Of a stretch of 64,000 nucleotides of DNA, positions 1 to 11,770 are shown piece after piece. The DNA is from Carpediemonas membranifera BICM. Taxonomy: Eukaryota > Protista > Fornicata. Location of the stretch: positions 186,001-250,000 of the forward strand of contig JAHDYR010000009.1 of NCBI GenBank assembly GCA_019828565.1, read 5' to 3'. How positions within the stretch are numbered: position 1 is the stretch's first letter; every line of letters starts with the position of its first letter. Below the pieces are notes generated by a model. It was not told the DNA's origin and searched no databases. It worked only from the letters and a program-made list of their open reading frames with translations. Position numbers and translations under genes: made by a program.

Positions 1-3000
1 ACTTCTGTTTCTTCAATGCAAGAGCCAGAGTTTTTGGATGACGCTTGAGTTATACCAGTCACAGTCTGGCCCTTTCCTTGTGTGGAATCTTCGCGTGCGC
101 TGGTCTACCGCAGTCAGGTGTTCGTCCAGCCCAGAGCGCGGGAATCATTGCGCAGGACGATGATGTGGCCTTATTGTACATATAAGCATTCAAAAACATA
201 TGAAGCACCTCCAATTATCAGTACAGCACGAGTTTTGTCGACTCTTCCTTTCCGAACAATTAGTTCTTTTGCCAAATGAGGCCAGTACTTTGCTTCCCAG
301 TGACCGACTGACTATCCTTTTTGATAAGATGCACTGACATCTGCTGCTGACAGGGACGTGCCCATGTCAAAACTTGCAGTTTGCTTGGGTTCGCCGAGAA
401 ACTTGCAACCAAAACTGATGATTTTCCTAATCAAACCTCTTTGATTGTTCTTGTCGTGATTTATTCTGCTAGTCTGCTGTTTCGGATTCTTCCTGACAGC
501 CTGCTAGTTCTATTGACCGCTTTGTGCTCTTTCACCTTTTATGCTTTCAAGTCTTGTGTTTCTGGGTGTCTGTGCGTTCTTGTTACGGTCTGGTGCTGCC
601 GGGACATGCGAGGGAATTCTCTCGTCGGTCCCAGAAGCTCCACGCTCTGACTTGACCGCCCGATGCCTTCTCAATGGTTCTCCAGGTGCTCCAAAAGGGC
701 ATTTCTGCAACTCTGGACAACAATCCTCAACTTCTGTTTCTTCAATGCAAGAGCCAGAGTTTTTTGGATGACGCTTGAGTTATACCAGTCACAGTCTGGC
801 CCTTTCCTTGTGTGGAATCTTCGCGTGCGCTGGTCTACCGCAGTCAGGTGTTCGTCCAGCCCAGAGCGCGGGAATCATTGCGCAGGACGATGATGTGGCC
901 TTATTGTACATATAGGCATTCAAAAACATATGAAGCACCTCCAATTATCAGTACAGCACGAGTTTTTGTCGACTCTTCTTTTCCGAACAATTAGTTCTTT
1001 TGCCAAATGAGGCCAGTACTTTGCTTCCCAGTGACCGACTGACTATCCTTTTTGATAAGATGCACTGACATCTGCTGCTGACAGGGACGTGCCCATGTCA
1101 AAACTTGCAGTTTGCTTGGGTTCGCCGAGAAACTTGCAACCAAAACTGATGATTTTTCCTAATCAAACCTCTTTGATTGTTCTTGTCGTGATTTATTCTG
1201 CTAGTCTGCTGTTTCGGATTCTTCCTGACAGCCTGCTAGTTCTATTGACCGCTTTGTGCTCTTTCACCTTTTATGCTTTCAAGTCTTGTGTTTCTGGGTG
1301 TCTGTGCGTTCTTGTTACGGTCTGGTGCTGCCGGGACATGCGAGGGAATTCTCTCGTCGGTCCCAGAAGCTCCACGCTCTGACTTGACCGCCCGATGCCT
1401 TCTCAATGGTTCTCCAGGTGCTCCAAAAGGGCATTTCTGCAACTCTGGACAACAATCCTCAACTTCTGTTTCTTCAATGCAAGAGCCAGAGTTTTTTGGA
1501 TGACGCTTGAGTTATACCAGTCACAGTCTGGCCCTTTCCTTGTGTGGAATCTTCGCGTGCGCTGGTCTACCGCAGTCAGGTGTTCGTCCAGCCCAGAGCG
1601 CGGGAATCATTGCGCAGGACGATGATGTGGCCTTATTGTACATATAGGCATTCAAAAACATATGAAGCACCTCCAATTATCAGTACAGCACGAGTTTTGT
1701 CGACTCTTCCTTTCCGAACAATTAGTTCTTTGCCAAATGAGGCCAGTACTTTGCTTCCCAGTGACCGACTGACTATCCTTTTTGATAAGATGCACTGACA
1801 TCTGCTGCTGACAGGGACGTGCCCATGTCAAAACTTGCAGTTTGCTTGGGTTCGCCGAGAAACTTGCAACCAAAACTGATGATTTTCCTAATCAAACCTC
1901 TTTGATTGTTCTTGTCGTGATTTATTCTGCTAGTCTGCTGTTTCGGATTCTTCCTGACAGCCTGCTAGTTCTATTGACCGCTTTGTGCTCTTTCACCTTT
2001 TATGCTTTCAAGTCTTGTGTTTCTGGGTGTCTGTGCGTTCTTGTTACGGTCTGGTGCTGCCGGGACATGCGAGGGAATTCTCTCGTCGGTCCCAGAAGCT
2101 CCACGCTCTGACTTGACCGCCCGATGCCTTCTCAATGGTTCTCCAGGTGCTCCAAAAGGGCATTTCTGCAACTCTGGACAACAATCCTCAACTTCTGTTT
2201 CTTCAATGCAAGAGCCAGAGTTTTTTTGGATGACGCTTGAGTTATACCAGTCACAGTCTGGCCCTTTCCTTGTGTGGAATCTTCGCGTGCGCTGGTCTAC
2301 CGCAGTCAGGTGTTCGTCCAGCCCAGAGCGCGGGAATCATTGCGCAGGACGATGATGTGGCCTTATTGTACATATAGGCATTCAAAAACATATGAAGCAC
2401 CTCCAATTATCAGTACAGCACGAGTTTTGTCGACTCTTCCTTTCCGAACAATTAGTTCTTTTGCCAAATGAGGCCAGTACTTTGCTTCCCAGTGACCGAC
2501 TGACTATCCTTTTTGATAAGATGCACTGACATCTGCTGCTGACAGGGACGTGCCCATGTCAAAACTTGCAGTTTGCTTGGGTTCGCCGAGAAACTTGCAA
2601 CCAAAACTGATGATTTTCCTAATCAAACCTCTTTGATTGTTCTTGTCGTGATTTATTCTGCTAGTCTGCTGTTTCGGATTCTTCCTGACAGCCTGCTAGT
2701 TCTATTGACCGCTTTGTGCTCTTTCACCTTTTATGCTTTCAAGTCTTGTGTTTCTGGGTGTCTGTGCGTTCTTGTTACGGTCTGGTGCTGCCGGGACATG
2801 CGAGGGAATTCTCTCGTCGGTCCCAGAAGCTCCACGCTCTGACTTGACCGCCCGATGCCTTCTCAATGGTTCTCCAGGTGCTCCAAAAGGGCATTTCTGC
2901 AACTCTGGACAACAATCCTCAACTTCTGTTTCTTCAATGCAAGAGCCAGAGTTTTTTGGATGACGCTTGAGTTATACCAGTCACAGTCTGGCCCTTTCCT

Positions 3001-6000
3001 TGTGTGGAATCTTCGCGTGCGCTGGTCTACCGCAGTCAGGTGTTCGTCCAGCCCAGAGCGCGGGAATCATTGCGCAGGACGATGATGTGGCCTTATTGTA
3101 CATATAGGCATTCAAAAACATATGAAGCACCTCCAATTATCAGTACAGCACGAGTTTTGTCGACTCTTCCTTTCCGAACAATTAGTTCTTTTGCCAAATG
3201 AGGCCAGTACTTTGCTTCCCAGTGACCGACTGACTATCCTTTTTGATAAGATGCACTGACATCTGCTGCTGACAGGGACGTGCCCATGTCAAAACTTGCA
3301 GTTTGCTTGGGTTCGCCGAGAAACTTGCAACCAAAACTGATGATTTTCCTAATCAAACCTCTTTGATTGTTCTTGTCGTGATTTATTCTGCTAGTCTGCT
3401 GTTTCGGATTCTTCCTGACAGCCTGCTAGTTCTATTGACCGCTTTGTGCTCTTTCACCTTTTATGCTTTCAAGTCTTGTGTTTCTGGGTGTCTGTGCGTT
3501 CTTGTTACGGTCTGGTGCTGCCGGGACATGCGAGGGAATTCTCTCGTCGGTCCCAGAAGCTCCACGCTCTGACTTGACCGCCCGATGCCTTCTCAATGGT
3601 TCTCCAGGTGCTCCAAAAGGGCATTTCTGCAACTCTGGACAACAATCCTCAACTTCTGTTTCTTCAATGCAAGAGCCAGAGTTTTTGGATGACGCTTGAG
3701 TTATACCAGTCACAGTCTGGCCCTTTCCTTGTGTGGAATCTTCGCGTGCGCTGGTCTACCGCAGTCAGGTGTTCGTCCAGCCCAGAGCGCGGGAATCATT
3801 GCGCAGGACGATGATGTGGCCTTATTGTACATATAGGCATTCAAAAACATATGAAGCACCTCCAATTATCAGTACAGCACGAGTTTTGTCGACTCTTCCT
3901 TTCCGAACAATTAGTTCTTTTGCCAAATGAGGCCAGTACTTTTGCTTCCCAGTGACCGACTGACTATCCTTTTTGATAAGATGCACTGACATCTGCTGCT
4001 GACAGGGACGTGCCCATGTCAAAACTTGCAGTTTGCTTGGGTTCGCCGAGAAACTTGCAACCAAAACTGATGATTTTCCTAATCAAACCTCTTTGATTGT
4101 TCTTGTCGTGATTTATTCTGCTAGTCTGCTGTTTCGGATTCTTCCTGACAGCCTGCTAGTTCTATTGACCGCTTTGTGCTCTTTCACCTTTTATGCTTTC
4201 AAGTCTTGTGTTTCTGGGTGTCTGTGCGTTCTTGTTACGGTCTGGTGCTGCCGGGACATGCGAGGGAATTCTCTCGTCGGTCCCAGAAGCTCCACGCTCT
4301 GACTTGACCGCCCGATGCCTTCTCAATGGTTCTCCAGGTGCTCCAAAAGGGCATTTCTGCAACTCTGGACAACAATCCTCAACTTCTGTTTCTTCAATGC
4401 AAGAGCCAGAGTTTTTTGGATGACGCTTGAGTTATACCAGTCACAGTCTGGCCCTTTCCTTGTGTGGAATCTTCGCGTGCGCTGGTCTACCGCAGTCAGG
4501 TGTTCGTCCAGCCCAGAGCGCGGGAATCATTGCGCAGGACGATGATGTGGCCTTATTGTACATATAGGCATTCAAAAACATATGAAGCACCTCCAATTAT
4601 CAGTACAGCACGAGTTTTGTCGACTCTTCTTTTCCGAACAATTAGTTCTTTTGCCAAATGAGGCCAGTACTTTGCTTCCCAGTGACCGACTGACTATCCT
4701 TTTTGATAAGATGCACTGACATCTGCTGCTGACAGGGACGTGCCCATGTCAAAACTTGCAGTTTGCTTGGGTTCGCCGAGAAACTTGCAACCAAAACTGA
4801 TGATTTTCCTAATCAAACCTCTTTGATTGTTCTTGTCGTGATTTATTCTGCTAGTCTGCTGTTTCGGATTCTTCCTGACAGCCTGCTAGTTCTATTGACC
4901 GCTTTGTGCTCTTTCACCTTTTTATGCTTTCAAGTCTTGTGTTTCTGGGTGTCTGTGCGTTCTTGTTACGGTCTGGTGCTGCCGGGACATGCGAGGGAAT
5001 TCTCTCGTCGGTCCCAGAAGCTCCACGCTCTGACTTGACCGCCCGATGCCTTCTCAATGGTTCTCCAGGTGCTCCAAAAGGGCATTTCTGCAACTCTGGA
5101 CAACAATCCTCAACTTCTGTTTCTTCAATGCAAGAGCCAGAGTTTTTTGGATGACGCTTGAGTTATACCAGTCACAGTCTGGCCCTTTCCTTGTGTGGAA
5201 TCTTCGCGTGCGCTGGTCTACCGCAGTCAGGTGTTCGTCCAGCCCAGAGCGCGGGAATCATTGCGCAGGACGATGATGTGGCCTTATTGTACATATAGGC
5301 ATTCAAAAAAACATATGAAGCACCTCCAATTATCAGTACAGCACGAGTTTTGTCGACTCTTCTTTTCCGAACAATTAGTTCTTTTGCCAAATGAGGCCAG
5401 TACTTTGCTTCCCAGTGACCGACTGACTATCCTTTTTGATAAGATGCACTGACATCTGCTGCTGACAGGGACGTGCCCATGTCAAAAACTTGCAGTTTGC
5501 TTGGGTTCGCCGAGAAACTTGCAACCAAAACTGATGATTTTCCTAATCAAACCTCTTTGATTGTTCTTGTCGTGATTTATTCTGCTAGTCTGCTGTTTCG
5601 GATTCTTCCTGACAGCCTGCTAGTTCTATTGACCGCTTTGTGCTCTTTCACCTTTTTATGCTTTCAAGTCTTGTGTTTCTGGGTGTCTGTGCGTTCTTGT
5701 TACGGTCTGGTGCTGCCGGGACATGCGAGGGAATTCTCTCGTCGGTCCCAGAAGCTCCACGCTCTGACTTGACCGCCCGATGCCTTCTCAATGGTTCTCC
5801 AGGTGCTCCAAAAGGGCATTTCTGCAACTCTGGACAACAATCCTCAACTTCTGTTTCTTCAATGCAAGAGCCAGAGTTTTTTGGATGACGCTTGAGTTAT
5901 ACCAGTCACAGTCTGGCCCTTTCCTTGTGTGGAATCTTCGCGTGCGCTGGTCTACCGCAGTCAGGTGTTCGTCCAGCCCAGAGCGCGGGAATCATTGCGC

Positions 6001-8865
6001 AGGACGATGATGTGGCCTTATTGTACATATAGGCATTCAAAAACATATGAAGCACCTCCAATTATCAGTACAGCACGAGTTTTGTCGACTCTTCTTTTCC
6101 GAACAATTAGTTCTTTTGCCAAATGAGGCCAGTACTTTGCTTCCCAGTGACCGACTGACTATCCTTTTTGATAAGATGCACTGACATCTGCTGCTGACAG
6201 GGACGTGCCCATGTCAAAACTTGCAGTTTGCTTGGGTTCGCCGAGAAACTTGCAACCAAAACTGATGATTTTCCTAATCAAACCTCTTTGATTGTTCTTG
6301 TCGTGATTTATTCTGCTAGTCTGCTGTTTCGGATTCTTCCTGACAGCCTGCTAGTTCTATTGACCGCTTTGTGCTCTTTCACCTTTTTATGCTTTCAAGT
6401 CTTGTGTTTCTGGGTGTCTGTGCGTTCTTGTTACGGTCTGGTGCTGCCGGGACATGCGAGGGAATTCTCTCGTCGGTCCCAGAAGCTCCACGCTCTGACT
6501 TGACCGCCCGATGCCTTCTCAATGGTTCTCCAGGTGCTCCAAAAGGGCATTTCTGCAACTCTGGACAACAATCCTCAACTTCTGTTTCTTCAATGCAAGA
6601 GCCAGAGTTTTTTTGGATGACGCTTGAGTTATACCAGTCACAGTCTGGCCCTTTCCTTGTGTGGAATCTTCGCGTGCGCTGGTCTACCGCAGTCAGGTGT
6701 TCGTCCAGCCCAGAGCGCGGGAATCATTGCGCAGGACGATGATGTGGCCTTATTGTACATATAGGCATTCAAAAACATATGAAGCACCTCCAATTATCAG
6801 TACAGCACGAGTTTTGTCGACTCTTCTTTTCCGAACAATTAGTTCTTTTGCCAAATGAGGCCAGTACTTTGCTTCCCAGTGACCGACTGACTATCCTTTT
6901 TGATAAGATGCACTGACATCTGCTGCTGACAGGGACGTGCCCATGTCAAAACTTGCAGTTTGCTTGGGTTCGCCGAGAAACTTGCAACCAAAACTGATGA
7001 TTTTCCTAATCAAACCTCTTTGATTGTTCTTGTCGTGATTTATTCTGCTAGTCTGCTGTTTCGGATTCTTCCTGACAGCCTGCTAGTTCTATTGACCGCT
7101 TTGTGCTCTTTCACCTTTTATGCTTTCAAGTCTTGTGTTTCTGGGTGTCTGTGCGTTCTTGTTACGGTCTGGTGCTGCCGGGACATGCGAGGGAATTCTC
7201 TCGTCGGTCCCAGAAGCTCCACGCTCTGACTTGACCGCCCGATGCCTTCTCAATGGTTCTCCAGGTGCTCCAAAAAGGGCATTTCTGCAACTCTGGACAA
7301 CAATCCTCAACTTCTGTTTCTTCAATGCAAGAGCCAGAGTTTTTTTGGATGACGCTTGAGTTATACCAGTCACAGTCTGGCCCTTTCCTTGTGTGGAATC
7401 TTCGCGTGCGCTGGTCTACCGCAGTCAGGTGTTCGTCCAGCCCAGAGCGCGGGAATCATTGCGCAGGACGATGATGTGGCCTTATTGTACATATAGGCAT
7501 TCAAAAACATATGAAGCACCTCCAATTATCAGTACAGCACGAGTTTTGTCGACTCTTCTTTTCCGAACAATTAGTTCTTTGCCAAATGAGGCCAGTACTT
7601 TGCTTCCCAGTGACCGACTGACTATCCTTTTTGATAAGATGCACTGACATCTGCTGCTGACAGGGACGTGCCCATGTCAAAACTTGCAGTTTGCTTGGGT
7701 TCGCCGAGAAACTTGCAACCAAAACTGATGATTTTTCCTAATCAAACCTCTTTGATTGTTCTTGTCGTGATTTATTCTGCTAGTCTGCTGTTTCGGATTC
7801 TTCCTGACAGCCTGCTAGTTCTATTGACCGCTTTGTGCTCTTTCACCTTTTTATGCTTTCAAGTCTTGTGTTTCTGGGTGTCTGTGCGTTCTTGTTACGG
7901 TCTGGTGCTGCCGGGACATGCGAGGGAATTCTCTCGTCGGTCCCAGAAGCTCCACGCTCTGACTTGACCGCCCGATGCCTTCTCAATGGTTCTCCAGGTG
8001 CTCCAAAAGGGCATTTCTGCAACTCTGGACAACAATCCTCAACTTCTGTTTCTTCAATGCAAGAGCCAGAGTTTTTTTGGATGACGCTTGAGTTATACCA
8101 GTCACAGTCTGGCCCTTTCCTTGTGTGGAATCTTCGCGTGCGCTGGTCTACCGCAGTCAGGTGTTCGTCCAGCCCAGAGCGCGGGAATCATTGCGCAGGA
8201 CGATGATGTGGCCTTATTGTACATATAGGCATTCAAAAACATATGAAGCACCTCCAATTATCAGTACAGCACGAGTTTTTGTCGACTCTTCTTTTTCCGA
8301 ACAATTAGTTCTTTTGCCAAATGAGGCCAGTACTTTGCTTCCCAGTGACCGACTGACTATCCTTTTTGATAAGATGCACTGACATCTGCTGCTGACAGGG
8401 ACGTGCCCATGTCAAAACTTGCAGTTTGCTTGGGTTCGCCGAGAAACTTGCAACCAAAACTGATGATTTTCCTAATCAAACCTCTTTGATTGTTCTTGTC
8501 GTGATTTATTCTGCTAGTCTGCTGTTTCGGATTCTTCCTGACAGCCTGCTAGTTCTATTGACCGCTTTGTGCTCTTTCACCTTTTATGCTTTCAAGTCTT
8601 GTGTTTCTGGGTGTCTGTGCGTTCTTGTTACGGTCTGGTGCTGCCGGGACATGCGAGGGAATTCTCTCGTCGGTCCCAGAAGCTCCACGCTCTGACTTGA
8701 CCGCCCGATGCCTTCTCAATGGTTCTCCAGGTGCTCCAAAAGGGCATTTCTGCAACTCTGGACAACAATCCTCAACTTCTGTTTCTTCAATGCAAGAGCC
8801 AGAGTTTTTTGGATGACGCTTGAGTTATACCAGTCACAGTCTGGCCCTTTCCTTGTGTGGAATCT
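1..8865. repeat. Tandem satellite array, ~730-bp unit, ~12 copies (continues left of the window)
   Basis: The same unit recurs with period 729-734; the repeated short ORFs start at 82, 812, 1544, 2274, 3004 and so on. Differences are mostly homopolymer-length changes. The array stops at ...GTGTGGAATCT (8865). Confidence 0.97.
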
Positions 8866-9147
8866 CCTGCCAGCAAATCTCCTAGATGATTGAGTTCTGA
8901 AAATCATTTTGAATTCCGCCATGCACCGAGCTGAAGAGCTACAGTCGGCAGATCTCCTCGATCGTTAGCGCCTGGGTAGCCCTAACGATTAAGCTAATCT
9001 CCCGGTGATACCGTCTCGCGATTCAGAGTATCGCATTTCGTTTATGATTTCTTGCAAATCGCTCAACTCGTCCGCCCACCACCTTTTTACAACTACTGCA
9101 CTGGCGCGACAGACTTCGTCCCACGCCGTGTATCCTTCTCCTTCTTC
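8866..9147. repeat. 282-bp duplicate of the array border and GNAT gene 3' end (copy of 27129-27410)
   Basis: Identical by eye from CCTGCCAGCAAATC to TATCCTTCTCCTTCTTC at offset 18263, and joined to the same array breakpoint in both copies. Confidence 0.95.
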
Positions 9148-11018
9148 ATGCATGCTCTGAGTAGGCGCAGAGGCCAGGTAGGTTTTGTATAGCACATGAG
9201 TGTCTACAAGCCTTTGAGCTGTCGTTCGACATCTCTATTTTGCACCGCCTTGGCAGTTAGCCAGTATAGGGGTGTCGCTTACTTACATAGGGATCCCAAC
9301 AACTTGATATATATCGCGATCCAGACCAGTAGGTCTGTGGACGGGTGGTAGTGGTCAGCTGAGCGTTGATCCACGGTGCGGTGAGTCTGAGGGAGTGCAC
9401 GCCCGACGACAACACGGCTGTGTGTGACACCTTGGGACCGCCATCTAAGGTTCGGGTAATGGATGCTTTGCCGACGGGCTCTGCACACCTGAGCGTCCGG
9501 AAAGGCCATGTGGCAAGTACGGTTGTTACGGAGCATGTTCTGAGTCAGCTAGCGAGCATGTATGCTCCTAGCACACGAGTGTCGTTCAACACTCTTCTAT
9601 TAAGCTATCAGGTCGGAGCCAGGCCGATTAACGGCGCTCGCTGACAGCGATTAGTCATGATTACACACCAGCGAGTTAGAGCTGAGCCCAGTCAGGTGCT
9701 CATCGCTGTGCTGTTGTCTTGAATGGTTGTGAGCCTAGGCCATCGTTCGATAGGTAAGCCCGACTCATTCATAAGCCTGAATACACGGCAGGCAGTCTAT
9801 GATAGACTATGATGGAACATGAGCCGCAACGAGTCAGTGGGCCAGGGTTGAAACCCGCAGTCCGACACGTCATCCCGGAGAACGGTTGTGTTCGGAGCAG
9901 TACCGTTGTTTGAATGGTATATGTCCAAATGGTGGACGGGTTAGACCGGCCCCAAGACCACAGTTGGAGGCGATGGGGTGGCCAAGCTTACGGTTAGAGG
10001 CTTGACCGATGAGACCCTGCATCGAGGACCGAGTTGTCCTATAGATGAGTGTCAGTAATAGAGTAGCCTGCTACCTTAAGCTTTTGCTTAAGTGTGGTTG
10101 GATACGTCCCAAGAGACAGTCCCTTTTCAAAGACGTACAGCGTCATGCCATACGTGGCTATTATAGAGCCGTCAGAACAAACGCGCCTGACCAGTCTTTC
10201 GACAGGTTTGGTCGCTTCGTCTGGACCTTGAGCCCGACACGAAATGTTGCGCATGCACAGCGCAGTCATCTGTCGCCACAAATCGAACTAGTGTGGCTTT
10301 CTCCGGCTTCACCTTTACGTGAGCGCCGGGTGGTTCTCTTCCCAAACCCCTTTGAGCGCTTCCAGACAGCTCAGATTTTTACTCAGCAATGACCTTTTTT
10401 TCTTCCGGTTTCGGGGGTTTTTAGTCTTCACCAGGTGGTTTCTCTTTCTGATTCGATCAGTTTCTTCGCCGCCGCAGCAACTTCCCAATCATTGCCTACA
10501 TGTGTTACGGCCGTCACTTAGACGACCGTGGAGGGGCAGTAACATCTACAACCCAGCCACCACATCAGTTCCTTCATCGCAGCAAGTACATCGGACAGCT
10601 TAGAGCCGAACGGTCGGCCGTGCGGTCCACATGTGGTGTCGGAATATCTTTTTGATATCTCAAAACATTATGACATCGAGCAACGAAGGTTCCGTCACAT
10701 GTCGCGTCACCAGACGCAACAGCTCACCTTACATACTTTTGTCAAGGCTCATCTCTATCAAGATGACCCTTGGAGGGGCAGTGTGGTGTGACTCAGGTCA
10801 CAACAGGTATTATCCTGCACATTTGGTGCAGGATATGGCAGTATTCTCTCTAAAGTCTTTATTGGTTCCCTTGTGTCCAGGACTGACCACAGCGTCAGGT
10901 CGAGACCTTCCGCACCACCTTTGCGGAGATCAGCACTGCTCGCTTCTCCAACTGCTTCGAAGTCAATTTCACAGCCCTCCTCGACCGAGTTCAGACCGGG
11001 AAGCTCTTCGGCAGCGCT

Positions 11019-11741
11019 ATGACCGAGGTCACGGCTGCTTACGTCTCTGCCGACATCCTTCGTCGGTTCGCGGAGGTGACGGCCATCGGGTGCGCTCTCC
11101 AGCGCTCCATGGAGGGTGTCCAAGACACTCGCGCCGTAGCCGCGGCTCTGGTCCAGGGCGGGACGAGCGACCGGTTTGCCACAAACCACGTCGCCACAGC
11201 TGAGGGAGCCCTCCTGGCGCTGAAGCGCACTCGAGAGCCGGGTGCCACGGTCTCTCGTGATGTGGTGGTGGACCTCCTCAAGCGCGTGGTGATGGCAGGC
11301 CGACACCCAGCCATGTTCTCGCTGCTTATGGCGGCTGAGAACCGCGGTGCCTCGCGCCTGACCGCCACCCGCTCCCGCGACTTCGTTCGGGCCTATTGGA
11401 CCTGTGTCCGGCTTGAGCATCTCCCGGCTATGGAGCTTGCCATGAACAAGGAGCTGTTCACGCTCCAGCTCACGGACACGTCCGCCGCGTACGGTGTGGT
11501 GGAGGTCAAAGAGCACATCGAGCTCTACGAGAACGCCCGCCAGGAGGAGTCTTTCATCCTGCTCGTCCAGTTTTCGGGCTATCCGCTGCCGTCACTGACC
11601 TTCCTGACCCAGGATCTTTGCCGCACCATGCCTGTCACTCGTTATCTCAACGAGCATAACTTATGGCGTCGTGTTCGTCGGCGCTGGGAGCATGACGGCA
11701 TCTTCTTTGAGCTTGGTGACAGCCTTGGTGCCATTGAATAA
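11019..11741 (+). CDS. 240-aa ORF convergent with gag-pol; helical N-terminus and divergent chromodomain-like C-terminus
   Basis: ATG-initiated, coding-like codon usage, stop within AATAAA. The C-terminal segment YGVVEVKEH...ILLVQFSGYPLPS...VTRYLNEHNLW aligns by eye with the element-2 chromodomain FQVQAVRKH...ILVEWVGYSNPT...VISYIHDNSL. Confidence 0.65.
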   Translation: MTEVTAAYVSADILRRFAEVTAIGCALQRSMEGVQDTRAVAAALVQGGTSDRFATNHVATAEGALLALKRTREPGATVSRDVVVDLLKRVVMAGRHPAMFSLLMAAENRGASRLTATRSRDFVRAYWTCVRLEHLPAMELAMNKELFTLQLTDTSAAYGVVEVKEHIELYENARQEESFILLVQFSGYPLPSLTFLTQDLCRTMPVTRYLNEHNLWRRVRRRWEHDGIFFELGDSLGAIE

Positions 11742-11770
11742 ATCAGATTGTGACTCTCTCTGGGCGCCAT

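Noticed and set aside
1-730. Repeat unit as a 5S rRNA, U snRNA, SRP, tRNA or hammerhead array
   Set aside because: Only partial look-alikes: CTGATGA without a GAAA core, a U2-like stretch lacking GTAGTA, and a U5-like CCTTTTA without its stem context.
900-8400. Homopolymer-length differences between units as biological variation
   Set aside because: The pattern is typical of long-read consensus error and cannot be separated from it here.
10050-10055. TGTCAG as a left inverted terminus matching the element-1 right end
   Set aside because: Only 6 bp match, and there is no target-site duplication.
10631-11516. ORFs 10631-11203 (+) and 10758-11516 (-)
   Set aside because: Overlapping or antisense shadows of the 240-aa ORF in GC-rich sequence.
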